Positions 17,814-29,239 of a stretch of 37,146 nucleotides of DNA are shown here, piece after piece. How positions within the stretch are numbered: position 1 is the stretch's first letter; each line of letters starts with the position of its first letter. Where the stretch lies: sequence record KP010268. The stretch is one strand, 5' to 3'. The stretch comes from Shigella phage SfMu. Below the pieces are notes generated by a model. The model saw only the letters and a program-made list of their open reading frames with translations. It was not told the origin of the DNA and ran no database searches. Both the position numbers and the translations under genes were made by a program.

Positions 17814-18280
17814 GTCTTGATATGAACGTTGCCGTGGATGTGCGACGTATTCAGCTTGCACTGGATGAACTGGGAACCGTTACACGTGACCGCGCCATTC
17901 CCCGTGTGATGGCTGCGGCGCTGCTGTCATCCACGGAACAGGCATTTGAACGGCAGGCAGACCCGGATACAGGGAAAGGCTGGGAAGCGTGGAGCGATTC
18001 GTGGCTGGCATGGCGTCAGGATCATGGTTTTGTTCCGGGCAGTATCCTTACCCTGCATGGCGATCTGGCACGCAGCATTACCACCGATTATGGACAGGAT
18101 TATGCCCTGATTGGTTCGCCAAAAATTTATGCTGCCATTCATCAGTGGGGCGGTACACCCGATATGGCACCCCGCCCGGCAGGCGTTCCTGCGCGTCCTT
18201 ATATGGGGCTGGATAAGACCGGGGAACAGGAAATTTTTGATGCCATCAGAAAACGCGTCAGCGTCGCTCTGAGGCAATAA
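17810..18280 (+). CDS. Virion morphogenesis protein (Mu G-like)
   Basis: 156 aa; GTG start overlapping previous stop; position before gene I. Confidence 0.65.
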   Translation: MSLDMNVAVDVRRIQLALDELGTVTRDRAIPRVMAAALLSSTEQAFERQADPDTGKGWEAWSDSWLAWRQDHGFVPGSILTLHGDLARSITTDYGQDYALIGSPKIYAAIHQWGGTPDMAPRPAGVPARPYMGLDKTGEQEIFDAIRKRVSVALRQ

Positions 18281-18476
18281 ACAGAATCAGGCATAAAATC
18301 AGCCGCACAGATTTTTTAAAACGCGCCACGGGATTTTTAAACCGGTATTTAACGGTGTATGAATCCCGTTTTATCTTCCTTCCACTTTCTTTCTCCATTA
18401 CTCAAATAGCATAACCCCAGATTTTCCCGCACCTCCCGCAAACTGACTGCTCACAAACCATGATGAGCAGCAGGAC
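18281..18476. promoter_or_regulatory. Central intergenic region: probable strong gyrase site plus late promoter PI
   Basis: 196-bp non-coding gap at the genome midpoint between G and I; motif ATAACCCC...CCCGCACCT 43-60 bp upstream of I start. Confidence 0.55.
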
Positions 18477-19562
18477 ATGAAAAAACACGCGATTGGCATT
18501 GCCGCATTGAGTGCGCTGTCCATTGACGATGACGGCTGGTGCCAGCTATTGCCTGCCGGTCATTTCAGTGCCCGTGATGGTCGTCCGTTTGATGTGACAG
18601 GTGGTCAGGGGTGGTTCATCGACGGTGAGATTGCCGGGCGTCTGGTTGAAGGCGTTCGCGCGCTCAACCAGGACGTGCTGATTGATTACGAGCATAACCA
18701 GCTACGTAAGGACAAAGGATTACCCCCGGAACAACTCGTCGCGGCTGGCTGGTTTAACGCCGATGAAATGCAGTGGCGTGAAGGTGAAGGATTATTTATC
18801 CACCCACGCTGGACGGCGGCGGCACAGCAGCGCATCGATGACGGTGAATTTGGTTATCTCTCTGCGGTTTTTCCGTATGACACCGCCACCGGTGCGGTGC
18901 TGCAAATCCGCCTTGCTGCGCTGACCAATGACCCCGGTGCCACCGGCATGAAAAAGCTGACCGCACTGGCGGCAGACCTTCCCGACATCCTTCAACAGGA
19001 GAACAAACCCATGAATGAAACGCTGCGCAAGCTGCTTGCGCGTCTTGGGGTGACGGTCCCCGAAAATGCAGACATCACCGATGAACAGGCCAGCGCGGCC
19101 CTGAGTGCGCTTGATGCGCTCGAAACAGATGCCGGAAAAGTGGCGTCGTTATCCGCCGAACTGGAAAAGGCACAGAAAGCCGCCGTTGACCTGACGAAAT
19201 ACGTCCCGGTGGAAAGCTACAACGCCCTGCGTGATGAACTGGCACAGGCGACTGCACAAAGCGCCACAGCCAGCCTGAGCGCCGTTCTGGATAAGGCGGA
19301 ACAGGAAGGCCGCATTTTCAAAAGCGAACGTGCCTATCTGGAACAGCTTGGCGGTCAGATTGGCGTGGCGGCACTGTCGGCACAGCTTGAGAAAAAACAG
19401 CCCATCGCTGCGTTATCTGCCATGCAGACCACCACAGCGAAAATCCCGTCGCAGGAAAAAACGGCTGTGGCGGTGCTGTCTGCTGATGAACAGGCAGCAG
19501 TGAAGGCGCTCGGCATTACAGAGGCTGAGTATCTGAAAATGAAACAGGAACAAGAAAAATGA
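18477..19562 (+). CDS. I: Head maturation protease / scaffold protein (Mu I-like)
   Basis: 361 aa; Ala/Glu/Gln-rich helical C-terminal half typical of scaffold; position before major capsid gene. Confidence 0.75.
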   Translation: MKKHAIGIAALSALSIDDDGWCQLLPAGHFSARDGRPFDVTGGQGWFIDGEIAGRLVEGVRALNQDVLIDYEHNQLRKDKGLPPEQLVAAGWFNADEMQWREGEGLFIHPRWTAAAQQRIDDGEFGYLSAVFPYDTATGAVLQIRLAALTNDPGATGMKKLTALAADLPDILQQENKPMNETLRKLLARLGVTVPENADITDEQASAALSALDALETDAGKVASLSAELEKAQKAAVDLTKYVPVESYNALRDELAQATAQSATASLSAVLDKAEQEGRIFKSERAYLEQLGGQIGVAALSAQLEKKQPIAALSAMQTTTAKIPSQEKTAVAVLSADEQAAVKALGITEAEYLKMKQEQEK

Positions 19563-20476
19563 TTGTCACCCCGGCATCCATTAAAGCCCTGATGACCTCC
19601 TGGCGTAAGGATTTTCAGGGCGGTCTTGAAGACGCCCCGTCGCAGTACAGCAAAATTGCAATGGTGGTGAACTCTTCCACCCGCAGTAATACCTATGGCT
19701 GGCTGGGTAAATTCCCGACCCTGAAAGAATGGGTGGGTAAGCGAACCATTCAGCAAATGGAAGCGCATGGCTACTCCATCGCCAATAAAACGTTTGAAGG
19801 CACCGTGGGTATTTCCCGTGATGACTTCGAGGATGACAATCTGGGTATTTATGCGCCGATTTTTCAGGAGATGGGCCGTTCTGCGGCAGTTCAGCCGGAT
19901 GAGCTGATTTTTAAACTTCTGAAAGATGGCTTTACCCAGCCCTGCTATGACGGTCAGAACTTCTTCGACAAGGAGCATCCGGTATATCCGAATGTGGACG
20001 GCACGGGCAGCGCGGTTAATACCTCCAACATCGTTGAGCAGGACAGCTTCAGCGGTCTGCCATTCTATCTGCTGGACTGCTCCCGCGCAGTCAAACCGCT
20101 GATTTTCCAGGAGCGCCGCAAACCGGAACTGGTCGCACGTACCCGTATCGATGACGACCACGTTTTTATGGATAACGAGTTCCTGTTTGGTGCCAGCGCC
20201 CGCCGTGCTGCCGGTTACGGCTTCTGGCAGATGGCTGTCGCGGTAAAAGGCGATCTGACGCTGGATAACCTCTGGAAGGGCTGGCAACTGATGCGATCTT
20301 TTGAAGGTGATGGCGGTAAGAAGCTGGGCCTGAAGCCGACGCATATCGTTGTACCGGTCGGGCTGGAAAAAGCCGCAGAGCAACTGCTTAACCGTGAACT
20401 GTTCGCGGATGGCAATACCACCGTCTCCAACGAGATGAAGGGCAAGCTGCAACTGGTTGTCGCTGACTACCTGTAA
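19559..20476 (+). CDS. T: Major capsid protein (Mu T-like)
   Basis: 305 aa; ATGA overlap with I; followed by a strong terminator as expected for a highly expressed capsid gene. Confidence 0.8.
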   Translation: MIVTPASIKALMTSWRKDFQGGLEDAPSQYSKIAMVVNSSTRSNTYGWLGKFPTLKEWVGKRTIQQMEAHGYSIANKTFEGTVGISRDDFEDDNLGIYAPIFQEMGRSAAVQPDELIFKLLKDGFTQPCYDGQNFFDKEHPVYPNVDGTGSAVNTSNIVEQDSFSGLPFYLLDCSRAVKPLIFQERRKPELVARTRIDDDHVFMDNEFLFGASARRAAGYGFWQMAVAVKGDLTLDNLWKGWQLMRSFEGDGGKKLGLKPTHIVVPVGLEKAAEQLLNRELFADGNTTVSNEMKGKLQLVVADYL

Positions 20477-20484
20477 CCGTCATT

Positions 20485-20508
20485 AAAAGGCGGTTCAGAC
20501 CGCCTTTT
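20485..20508 (+). terminator. Rho-independent terminator after major capsid gene
   Basis: AAAAGGCGGT-TCAG-ACCGCCTTTT perfect hairpin with T-run. Confidence 0.8.
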
Positions 20509-20542
20509 AACCTGATTTAAAGGAAAAGGAGGAGCATGTGTT

Positions 20543-20953
20543 ATGTCAGGCACTTCGCTTAATTCACAACGGCTGGACACTTCTCGCATCACTTGCACGG
20601 CGATTATTAAATGCCTTCGTCCGGTCTACCGCCGCGCCGGAATCGCCTTTACACGTGGCGAAAACACCGTGGAAGTCACCGAAGAACAACTGGCGATCAT
20701 TCGTGCCGACAGCGTGCTGTCTGTGGTATCTGCATCGTCAGCAGAAACGCTCACTGAGGCTGGGGGGCTGGACGGTCTGGGTGTGGGCGATCTGAACGCC
20801 CGTATCCGTGCGACCGTTGCCGGTCTGGATAAGGCAAACCCGGAACACTTTACCGCAGGGGGGGAACCCAAAGTGAAAGCCGTCAGTGCGGCGCTGGGGG
20901 AACCGGTAAGCAGCGCGCAAATCAAAGCCGCGCTGGCTGAGGCACAAGCATGA
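20543..20953 (+). CDS. Hypothetical head protein (136 aa)
   Basis: AGGAGG RBS upstream; Ala-rich; position between capsid and head-tail genes. Confidence 0.55.
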   Translation: MSGTSLNSQRLDTSRITCTAIIKCLRPVYRRAGIAFTRGENTVEVTEEQLAIIRADSVLSVVSASSAETLTEAGGLDGLGVGDLNARIRATVAGLDKANPEHFTAGGEPKVKAVSAALGEPVSSAQIKAALAEAQA

Positions 20954-21372
20954 GCTATGCCACTCTTGACGACATGGTAAAGCGTTACCGGCGCAGCAGC
21001 CTGGACGCGCTGACATCGGATAAAACCGATTCGGGCGAACCGGATGACAGCCTGGTTGAACAGGCGTTACAGGATGCCCGTGCACTTATCGACAGCTATA
21101 TCAGCCCGCGTTATCCGTTGCCGTTATCTGTTGTGCCAGCCGCCCTGACCCGCGTCTGCTGTGATATTGCCTTCTATTACCTGTGTGATGCGCAGGCAAC
21201 CGAGCAGTGCACGCAACGTTATAAAGATGCCGTTAAGTGGCTGCATGACGTACTTAACGAAAAATTGCCGCTGGGAACGGACGCGCATGGCGCTGAACCG
21301 GTGAGCGAAAATCTGGTGGAAGTGAAATCTGATACCGCTGTTTTTTCCCGTAACCAGAGAGGATTCATCTGA
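20950..21372 (+). CDS. Head-tail connector/completion protein candidate (140 aa)
   Basis: ATGA overlap with previous gene; position as in Mu. Confidence 0.6.
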   Translation: MSYATLDDMVKRYRRSSLDALTSDKTDSGEPDDSLVEQALQDARALIDSYISPRYPLPLSVVPAALTRVCCDIAFYYLCDAQATEQCTQRYKDAVKWLHDVLNEKLPLGTDAHGAEPVSENLVEVKSDTAVFSRNQRGFI

Positions 21373-21920
21373 TGATTGCCACGACAGAAGCTGCGTTGCT
21401 TGAAACCGTTCGCGGGCTGTTCGGGCGAACGTTACGCGAAATCAAAACGCATCCGGGCACCTGGTCTGATGCCGCAATAAAAAAAATCCTGATTGCACCA
21501 CCGTCTGTTTATCTGGCGTGGCTGGGCTGCGGTGAAGGCCGCACCCGCCGTGAGGTGGAAAGCCGCTGGGTGTTTTATGTGGTGGCAAAAATGCTGAATG
21601 GTCGGGAGACCGACCGTCCGGGGATTTACCAGATTGTTGAGCGTCTGATTGCCGGGATGAATGGACAGACGTTTGGCCCGACTACCGGCCTGCGCCTGAC
21701 CAGCGTCCAGAACCTGTATACCAGTGCTCAGGGTAATTCAGGTGTCGCACTGTACGGCATCTATTTCAGTGGCATCACGCCGTTGCCGTCAGGTGTGGAC
21801 ATGGATTCGCTGGATGATTACGAGCGTCACTGGCAGACCTGGAAATTCCCGGACGAAACCCCGGAATTTGCCGCACATATCAATGTGAATCAGGAAGAGG
21901 ATCATGATGCTGAAAATTAA
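21372..21920 (+). CDS. Head-tail joining / tail terminator candidate (182 aa)
   Basis: Start overlaps previous stop; position before sheath gene. Confidence 0.6.
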   Translation: MIATTEAALLETVRGLFGRTLREIKTHPGTWSDAAIKKILIAPPSVYLAWLGCGEGRTRREVESRWVFYVVAKMLNGRETDRPGIYQIVERLIAGMNGQTFGPTTGLRLTSVQNLYTSAQGNSGVALYGIYFSGITPLPSGVDMDSLDDYERHWQTWKFPDETPEFAAHINVNQEEDHDAEN

Positions 21921-22110
21921 ACCCGCAGCGGGAAAAGCCATCCGTGACCCGCTCACGATGAAATTACTGGCGTCTGAGGGAGAAGAAAAGCCCCGTAACA
22001 GTTTCTGGATACGTCGCCTTGCAGCCGGTGATGTGGTTGAAGTCGGGAGCACCGAAAACACGGCGGATGATACCGACACTGCGCCGAAAAAACGGAGTAA
22101 ATCGAAATGA
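21904..22110 (+). CDS. Small hypothetical protein (68 aa)
   Basis: Short ORF overlapping both neighbours in the tail operon. Confidence 0.5.
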   Translation: MMLKIKPAAGKAIRDPLTMKLLASEGEEKPRNSFWIRRLAAGDVVEVGSTENTADDTDTAPKKRSKSK

Positions 22111-23594
22111 GCGATATTTCATTTAACGCGATCCCGTCAGATGTTCGCGTTCCTCTGACGTATATCGAATTTGATAACAGTAATGCCGTCAGCGGAACAC
22201 CGGCACCCCGTCAGCGCGTGCTGATGTTCGGGCAAAGCGGAAGTAAAGCCAGTGCGGCACCAGACGTGCCTGTCCGTATCCGTTCCGGCTCACAGGCCAG
22301 TGCGGCGTTTGGTCAGGGTTCCATGCTGGCACTGATGGCAGATGCATTCCTGAACGCTAACCGCGTGGCGGAGCTGTGGTGTATTCCGCAGGGGAGCGGC
22401 ACCGGTAATGCTGCTGTCGGTGAAATTTCACTGTCAGGAACGGCAGGCGAAAACGGCTCGCTTGTGACTTACATTGCCGGTCAGCGACTGGCGGTATCTG
22501 TCGCAGCAGGTGCAACGGGAGCGGCGCTGGCTGACCTGCTGGTTGCCCGAATCAAAGGCCAGCCTGATTTACCGGTGACGGCAGAAGTTCGCGCAGACAG
22601 TGGAGATGATGACACCCATGCGAATGTGGTTCTGAGTGCAAAATTTATTGGTGCATTATCTGCCGTGGACGTGCGCTGGAACTATTACGCGGGTGAAACC
22701 ACCCCTTACGGGATTATTACGGCATTCAAAGCCGCCACCGGGAAAAACGGCAACCCGGATATCAGCGCCAGTATCGCGGGGATGGGCGATCTGCAATACA
22801 AATACATTGTGATGCCCTATACCGATGAACCGAACCTGAACCTGTTACGCACGGAATTACAGGAACGCTGGGGACCGGTCAATCAGGCTGATGGCTTTGC
22901 CGTGACAGTGCTGTCCGGCACGTATGGCGATATTTCCACGTTTGGTGTCAGCCGTAATGACCATCTGATCTCCTGTATGGGGATTGCCGGTGCACCGGAA
23001 CCGTCATATCTGTACGCCGCCACACTGTGTGCCGTTGCCAGCCAGGCGCTTTCCATCGACCCGGCACGTCCGCTCCAGACGCTGACGCTGCCCGGCAGGC
23101 TACCGCCTGCGGTGGGCGATCGTTTCACCTGGTCAGAACGTAATGCGCTGCTGTTTGACGGCATCTCCACGTTTAACGTGAATGATGGCGGTGAAATGCA
23201 GATTGAACGCATGATCACAATGTACCGCACGAACAGGTACGGCGACAGTGACCCGTCTTATCTGAATGTGAACACCATCGCCACGCTGAGTTATCTGCGT
23301 TATTCGCTGCGAACCCGTATCACACAGAAATTCCCGCGCCACAAACTGGCAAGTGATGGCACCCGCTTTGCCACCGGTCAGGCGGTGGTGACACCTTCCG
23401 TGATCCGGACCGAGTTGCTGGCACTGTTTGAAGAATGGGAAAACGACGGGCTGGTTGAAGACTTCGACACGTTCAAAGAGGAGCTGTATGTCGTGCGTAA
23501 TACAGCCGATCAGGATCGTCTTGATGTGTTGTGCGGCCCGAACCTGATTAACCAGTTCCGCATCTTTGCGGCACAGATCCAGTTCATTCTGTAA
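22107..23594 (+). CDS. L: Tail sheath protein (Mu L-like)
   Basis: 495 aa; followed by tube gene; contractile-tail module order. Confidence 0.8.
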   Translation: MSDISFNAIPSDVRVPLTYIEFDNSNAVSGTPAPRQRVLMFGQSGSKASAAPDVPVRIRSGSQASAAFGQGSMLALMADAFLNANRVAELWCIPQGSGTGNAAVGEISLSGTAGENGSLVTYIAGQRLAVSVAAGATGAALADLLVARIKGQPDLPVTAEVRADSGDDDTHANVVLSAKFIGALSAVDVRWNYYAGETTPYGIITAFKAATGKNGNPDISASIAGMGDLQYKYIVMPYTDEPNLNLLRTELQERWGPVNQADGFAVTVLSGTYGDISTFGVSRNDHLISCMGIAGAPEPSYLYAATLCAVASQALSIDPARPLQTLTLPGRLPPAVGDRFTWSERNALLFDGISTFNVNDGGEMQIERMITMYRTNRYGDSDPSYLNVNTIATLSYLRYSLRTRITQKFPRHKLASDGTRFATGQAVVTPSVIRTELLALFEEWENDGLVEDFDTFKEELYVVRNTADQDRLDVLCGPNLINQFRIFAAQIQFIL

Positions 23595-23603
23595 GGAGCA
23601 TTT

Positions 23604-23960
23604 ATGGCAGGAAATCAGCGTCAGGGGGTGGCGTACATCCGTGTCAATGGCATGGAGCTTGAATCAATGGAAGGTGCTTCCTTCACGCCGTCCGGCACCA
23701 CCCGTGAAGAAGTGACCGGCTCGCGGGTTTACGGCTGGAAAGGGAAACCCCGCGCCGCAAAGCTGGAATGCAAAATTCCGGGCGGTGGTGATATCGGTCT
23801 GGATGAAATCATCGGCTGGGAAAACATCACGGCAGAGTTTCAGGCAGACACCGGTGAAACCTGGATGATGGCGAATGCCTGGCAGGCAGATGAACCGAAA
23901 AACGACGGCGGCGAAATTTCGCTGGTACTGATGGCAAAACAAAGCAAACGCATTGCATAA
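23604..23960 (+). CDS. M: Tail tube protein (Mu M-like)
   Basis: 118 aa; AAGGAG RBS; directly after sheath. Confidence 0.8.
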   Translation: MAGNQRQGVAYIRVNGMELESMEGASFTPSGTTREEVTGSRVYGWKGKPRAAKLECKIPGGGDIGLDEIIGWENITAEFQADTGETWMMANAWQADEPKNDGGEISLVLMAKQSKRIA

Positions 23961-23969
23961 GGGGAAACA

Positions 23970-24404
23970 ATGGACGAAATGAATTTAAGTCCTGAAGCAC
24001 AGGAACTGCATGACAGCATTGTGGCAGAACTTCAGTCCGGCGGGCTGAAACTGAAAGACGGCCTGCCGTTCGGCACCGGTGACGAGACTGAAATGCAGTA
24101 TGACGTGACGCTGCGTGAACTGACCGCAGGCGATCTGATTGATGCCCAGATGGCGGCTGAAAAAGTGGTAATGAGCAAGGAAGGCCCGGTGCTGGTCAGT
24201 TCCCCGTCCCTGATGGGACTGGAAATGCTGCGCCGTCAGATTGCCGGTGTGGGCTGCCTCAAAGGCCCGTTATCACTGGCGCTGATGCGTAAGCTGTCCG
24301 TCGATGACTTCCAGCGTCTGTCGCTGGCAGTGGAGCTGCGCGACATGGCGGTGGCGGCATCGCTGACGCAAGAACGGGGGCGAGTGGCTGCGGTGCCGGA
24401 ATGA
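23970..24404 (+). CDS. Tail assembly chaperone candidate (144 aa)
   Basis: Acidic small protein between tube and tape measure genes. Confidence 0.6.
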   Translation: MDEMNLSPEAQELHDSIVAELQSGGLKLKDGLPFGTGDETEMQYDVTLRELTAGDLIDAQMAAEKVVMSKEGPVLVSSPSLMGLEMLRRQIAGVGCLKGPLSLALMRKLSVDDFQRLSLAVELRDMAVAASLTQERGRVAAVPE

Positions 24405-24548
24405 TATTGAGAAAGCGGCGACAGCGATTGGCATCATTCTGAAAAGTGGCCCGGAATGGGCCTTGTCCCTCCCGCTGTCCCGCTTTTTCCGGCACTGCCA
24501 GCAGGCGAAAACCCTCTCTCAATATCACCGTTAAATCAGGAGATTTCT
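24405..24548 (+). promoter_or_regulatory. Non-coding gap before tape measure gene, possible internal late promoter
   Basis: 144-bp gap in an otherwise overlapping operon; C-rich motifs CCCTCCCGCTGTCCCGC; small hairpin GGCCCGGAATGGGCC. Confidence 0.3.
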
Positions 24549-26621
24549 GTGACCGGGAAACGCTTAAAAGCGTCTGTCATTATTGATCTTAATGGCAATC
24601 TTTCCCGGCGTTCCCGCCAGTATTCGAACCAGATAAACGCCCTGTCCCGTAGCGGACAAAGTTCCCTGCGTGCCCTGCGTATGGAGGTTGTGCGCGTTTC
24701 TGGTGCCATTGACAGAATGGGTTCTCTGTCAACCCGTACATTCCGAATGCTGTCAGCCGGGGCGCTGGGTATCGCTGGCGTGGGTTACACCGCCAATAAA
24801 CTGTTTATTGGTGCAGCCGCCCAGCGTGAGCAGCAGATTATCGCCATGAACTCGCTCTATCACGGCGATAAGGCCAGAGCACAGGCCATGATGGCGTGGG
24901 CGAAGCAGAACGCAAAAGAAACCACCTGGGGGCTGGGTGGTGTTCTGCAGGAGATCCGCACATCAACTGCGTTTGGCATGACTGATGCCCAGGTAAAACA
25001 GTTCATCACCATGCTACAGAACCAGGGCGCGATGCATGGCTGGGATTTACCCACTGCACAGGGGGCTTCGTTACAGTTCAAACAGATGTTTGCCCGTCAG
25101 CAAATCACGGCGGCGGATGCCAACCTGCTGACCGGTTACGGTATCAACGTTTACAAGGTGCTGGCAGATGCAACGGGTGAGGATGAGAAAAAAATCCGTA
25201 AGCTGGGTGAAAAAGGCAAACTGGGCCTGAAATCCATCCTGACGGTGTTCAGAATCTTACTGGAACAGTCAAAAGGCGCACAGGCGGCGGCCATGAACTC
25301 CTGGGACGGGATGATGGCCCAGATGGAGGGCAATCTGCTTGAGTTTCGTACAAAGGTGGCAAACAGCGGCCCCTTTGAAGAAATCAAGAACGAGATGCGC
25401 CGGGTACTTAACTGGCACGACATGGCGGATAAATCCGGGGAACTTGACGCACTGGCAGAAAACATTGGTCAGAAATTTCTGACCACGTTCAGAACGGTAA
25501 AAATCGCGGCGCAGGAATTATGGCGCTGGCTGAAACCGGGTAAAGATGCGCTGGCATGGGTTGACCAGAATATTGCCAGCCTGAAAAAACTGGCTGCTGT
25601 TCTGGTGTCTGTCTGGCTTGCCAATAAAGCCCTGAGAGCAGGCTGGGCCGTGGCAAAACCTTCGTGGCAGGTTGCCAGTTACCCGTTTAAAACCGGGCGT
25701 CGTATGTGGCGCTGGATGCGGAACCGCAAACGTGGGCGGGCAGGTCTGCCGGTGCCGGATGCCATGACGTCTGAGACGCTGTTGCAGGGCACCGGCATTC
25801 AGCGTGTGTTTGTCATCAACTGGCCCCGTGGATTTGGTGGCTACGGGAGTGGCGGCGGTCGTCGCGGACGGAGCGGCGGAAGAATGGCCCCGCTGTTACC
25901 CCGCCAGCCGTTATTGCTGTCCGGGCCACAGCCGCTGGCATTACCTGCACCACGCCCTGTACTGGCATTACCCCCACCCGGCGTACCGGTAACGGCACGG
26001 CCTGCACCATTACCTTTACCCGGTAAATCCGGTCTTCTGAGCAGGCTTGCAGGCAGTGCTGCCGGGCAACTGGTTACGGGAACGGTCGGAAAGCTGGCTG
26101 ATGCCGGGCGTGCTGTTGGCGGGTGGTTTTCCGGTATCGGAAACAAACTTGCAGGCAGTGCGATCGGTCGGGTTGTGACAAAAGGTGCCGGGGCGCTGGG
26201 CTGGATGGGGAAAGGTGCCGGTCGTGCGTTGTCACGTCTGGGTGGCCCGGTAATGGGGGCACTCCAGCTTGCCCCCGTCCTGATGGATGAGCAGGCGTCA
26301 ACCCATGAAAAAGCAGGCGCAATTGGCAGTACAGCCGGTGCATGGCTCGGCGGTGCCGTTGGCAGCCTTGCCGGACCGCTGGGTACGGTTGCCGGTGCCA
26401 CGCTGGGCAGTGTCGCCGGGGAGTATCTGGGCGGTTTTGTAACCGACCTGTATCAGAAATGGACGGCCCCGGATAAGGAACCGCAGGAACAAAAAGTGAA
26501 TGCGGAAGCCTCGCTGCGCGTCGAACTTGGCGAGGGGTTACGCCTGACCAGTTCCCGCGTCACCGGGGATGGTATGGGGCTGAATATTTACGCGGGCGAT
26601 AACTACATTACGGGCTGGTAA
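24549..26621 (+). CDS. Tape measure protein
   Basis: 690 aa from GTG 24549 with AGGAG RBS (six-frame ORF from 24456); Ala/Gly-rich helical protein with Pro-rich and Gly-rich low-complexity tracts; located after sheath/tube/chaperone. Confidence 0.8.
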   Translation: MTGKRLKASVIIDLNGNLSRRSRQYSNQINALSRSGQSSLRALRMEVVRVSGAIDRMGSLSTRTFRMLSAGALGIAGVGYTANKLFIGAAAQREQQIIAMNSLYHGDKARAQAMMAWAKQNAKETTWGLGGVLQEIRTSTAFGMTDAQVKQFITMLQNQGAMHGWDLPTAQGASLQFKQMFARQQITAADANLLTGYGINVYKVLADATGEDEKKIRKLGEKGKLGLKSILTVFRILLEQSKGAQAAAMNSWDGMMAQMEGNLLEFRTKVANSGPFEEIKNEMRRVLNWHDMADKSGELDALAENIGQKFLTTFRTVKIAAQELWRWLKPGKDALAWVDQNIASLKKLAAVLVSVWLANKALRAGWAVAKPSWQVASYPFKTGRRMWRWMRNRKRGRAGLPVPDAMTSETLLQGTGIQRVFVINWPRGFGGYGSGGGRRGRSGGRMAPLLPRQPLLLSGPQPLALPAPRPVLALPPPGVPVTARPAPLPLPGKSGLLSRLAGSAAGQLVTGTVGKLADAGRAVGGWFSGIGNKLAGSAIGRVVTKGAGALGWMGKGAGRALSRLGGPVMGALQLAPVLMDEQASTHEKAGAIGSTAGAWLGGAVGSLAGPLGTVAGATLGSVAGEYLGGFVTDLYQKWTAPDKEPQEQKVNAEASLRVELGEGLRLTSSRVTGDGMGLNIYAGDNYITGW

Positions 26622-26625
26622 AACC

Positions 26626-28113
26626 ATGTTTGAAGATGCTTTAAATGCCGTTAATGCTGTCCGGGATAAAACCGGTGGAGGCAGGAAAACAACCGGCAAA
26701 GGCACGTTCCGTAACGTGCCGTTTCTCGTCATCGAGGAGCAAAAACAGGCTGGCGGACGTCGCCTGGTTAAACGCGAGTACCCGTTACGTGATACCGGCG
26801 GCGTCAATGACCTGGGGAAAAAGCTTCGCTCCCGTACATTCAGCGCCTGCATTCTGAACAGTAACGCAGAAACAGCCAGAGATGAAGCGGATGCGCTGAT
26901 GGATGCTCTTGATGCTCCGGGCAGCGGTGAGCTGGTACATCCTGATTTCGGCACTGTGGACGTCATGGTGGATTCATGGGAATGCCGCACTAAAGCGGAT
27001 GAACTGAATTATTACGCGTTCACCGTTACCGTTTATCCGTCGTTGCAGGATACTGCCCCGGACGCAGAAACAGACACCAGTGCAGCCGTACCGGCACAGG
27101 CTGTTGCTGTAACCGGTTCTCTGGGGGATACGCTGTCCTCTGTCTGGCAGACCGTAAAAGATGGCACTGCGGCGGCAACCGCCGTGATGGAAGCTGTAAC
27201 CGGTGTCATCGATGATATCAGTGATGCGGTGGACAATCTGGGGGTTACGCAGACTGTCAGCGGTCTGATGGGATCGCTTTCTGCGATGAAAGGCTCTGTG
27301 ACCAGCCTGATTAACCAGCCTGCCATGCTGGCCTCCTCGCTGATGGGGGCGCTGTCCGGCGTTTCATCGTTATGCGATACCCGGACAGCATTTTCCACAT
27401 GGAACCGTCTGGCGCAGCGATTCGAACGTCGCCATGCCGCCACCGCAGGCAGACAGGGGGCAATCACAACCTCGTACAACAGTCCGGTTGCAGAAAAAAA
27501 TATTGCCACACTGAACTACGTCATGCTGGCAGCGGCGCAGACATACCGGGCAGAAGCTGCCAGCCAGGCACTGACTGCGGCACTGGATTTCAGTCGCCGG
27601 ATGGATAATGCCGCCCGTGCACCTGTACTGGATGCCCCGTCCACCACAACCGGCACAGCCAGCGGGGCCAGCAGCACATCTGCTACCGTCACACAGGGAC
27701 AGTTACAGTTAACTGCCATAACCCCGGACGGCGGCTTTTCACAGGTATCCTTTTCAGACAGTGGTACAGCCACGCCCCCGGTATTTGAAAGTGTGTCCGA
27801 TATCGGAAAAACAGCCGCCATGCTGGGGGCTGCACTGGATACCGTCATTCTGACGGCATCTGAGCAGGGCTTTTCGACAGACAGCGTTCAGCTTACGCAA
27901 CTGCGTCTGCTGGTTGTTGCCGACCTGGAAAAACGCGGGCTGCAACTGGCGGGCAGTGAAACGCACCGCCTGCCGGAGACGATGCCTGCAATGGTGGCCC
28001 TGTACCGTTACACAGGAAACAGCCGGAACTGGCAACGGCTGGCCCGCAGGAACGGTATCAGCAACCCGTTGTTTGTTCCCGGTGGTGTCAGTATTGAGGT
28101 GATTAATGAGTAA
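26626..28113 (+). CDS. Tail/DNA circularisation protein (Mu N-like)
   Basis: 495 aa downstream of tape measure; assignment by position and size. Confidence 0.6.
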   Translation: MFEDALNAVNAVRDKTGGGRKTTGKGTFRNVPFLVIEEQKQAGGRRLVKREYPLRDTGGVNDLGKKLRSRTFSACILNSNAETARDEADALMDALDAPGSGELVHPDFGTVDVMVDSWECRTKADELNYYAFTVTVYPSLQDTAPDAETDTSAAVPAQAVAVTGSLGDTLSSVWQTVKDGTAAATAVMEAVTGVIDDISDAVDNLGVTQTVSGLMGSLSAMKGSVTSLINQPAMLASSLMGALSGVSSLCDTRTAFSTWNRLAQRFERRHAATAGRQGAITTSYNSPVAEKNIATLNYVMLAAAQTYRAEAASQALTAALDFSRRMDNAARAPVLDAPSTTTGTASGASSTSATVTQGQLQLTAITPDGGFSQVSFSDSGTATPPVFESVSDIGKTAAMLGAALDTVILTASEQGFSTDSVQLTQLRLLVVADLEKRGLQLAGSETHRLPETMPAMVALYRYTGNSRNWQRLARRNGISNPLFVPGGVSIEVINE

Positions 28114-29239
28114 TACCGTCACGCTGCGAACGGATGGCAGGCTTTTTACCGGCTGGACGTCAGTCTCTGTCACCCGCTCGATTGAATCCGTAGCCGGATA
28201 TTTTGAGCTGGGGGTGAACGTGCCACCGGGTACGGATTTATCCGGGCTGGCACCGGGGAAGGCGTTCACGCTGGAAATCGGGGGGCAGATTGTCTGCACC
28301 GGTTATATCGATTCACGGCGACGCCAGATGACCGCTGACAGTATGAAAATCACTGTCGCCGGACGTGACAAAACGGCTGACCTGATTGACTGTGCTGCCG
28401 TTTACAGTGGCGGACAGTGGAAAAACCGCACACTGGAGCAGATTGCGCGTGACCTGTGCGCCCCTTATGGCGTTACCGTTCGCTGGGAGCTTTCCGATAA
28501 GGAAAGTTCGGCAGTTTTTCCCGGCTTCACGCTGGACCATTCAGAAACCGTTTATGAGGCGCTGGTGCGTGCCTCCCGCGCACGCGGTGTACTGATGACC
28601 AGCAATGCCGCCGGGGAGCTGGTATTCAGCCGGGCTGCCAGCACAGCCACTGATGAGCTGGTTCTCGGAGAAAATCTGCTGACACTGGATTTTGAGGAAG
28701 ACTTCCGCGACCGGTTCAGCGAATACACCGTCAAGGGGTATGCCCGCACAAATGGTGCTGAGGGTGATGATATTGATGCGAAAAGTATCGTCTCCCGGAA
28801 AGGGACCGCCACGGACAGTGATGTGACCCGTTACAGACCGATGATCATCATTGCTGACAGCAAAATTACGGCGAAGGATGCACAGGCCCGCGCCCTGCGT
28901 GAGCAGCGCCGCAGACTGGCAAAATCCATCACCTTTGAGGCAGAAATTGACGGATGGACACGCAAGGACGGGCAACTCTGGATGCCGAACCTGCTGGTCA
29001 CTATTGATGCCTCGAAATATGCCATCAAAACCACAGAATTACTGGTCAGCAAAGTCAACCTGATACTGAATGACCAGGACGGGCTGAAAACCCGCGTCAG
29101 CCTTTCACCACGCGAAGGCTTTCTGGTGCCGGTTGAAAGTGACCGTAAAAACAAAAGTGACAATAACGGCGGTATTGATGCGTTGGTTGAAGATTATTAT
29201 CGCAGACACCCGGAGAAAACGCCGCCGTGGAAAGAGTAA
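28106..29239 (+). CDS. Baseplate hub protein (Mu P-like)
   Basis: 377 aa; position in baseplate module. Confidence 0.65.
   Translation: MSNTVTLRTDGRLFTGWTSVSVTRSIESVAGYFELGVNVPPGTDLSGLAPGKAFTLEIGGQIVCTGYIDSRRRQMTADSMKITVAGRDKTADLIDCAAVYSGGQWKNRTLEQIARDLCAPYGVTVRWELSDKESSAVFPGFTLDHSETVYEALVRASRARGVLMTSNAAGELVFSRAASTATDELVLGENLLTLDFEEDFRDRFSEYTVKGYARTNGAEGDDIDAKSIVSRKGTATDSDVTRYRPMIIIADSKITAKDAQARALREQRRRLAKSITFEAEIDGWTRKDGQLWMPNLLVTIDASKYAIKTTELLVSKVNLILNDQDGLKTRVSLSPREGFLVPVESDRKNKSDNNGGIDALVEDYYRRHPEKTPPWKE

Noticed and set aside
19355-20452. 365-aa minus-strand ORF
   Set aside because: Antisense to the major capsid gene, which is strongly supported; classic shadow ORF
24360-24410. Possible programmed frameshift or stop read-through joining the chaperone to the tape measure gene
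   Set aside because: No canonical slippery heptamer found at the chaperone 3' end, and a second in-frame stop follows at about 24408; the tape measure gene has its own RBS and GTG start
25841-26401. 186-aa minus-strand ORF, Pro/Ala-rich
   Set aside because: Antisense to the Gly/Pro-rich part of the tape measure gene; arises from the low-complexity repeat on the coding strand
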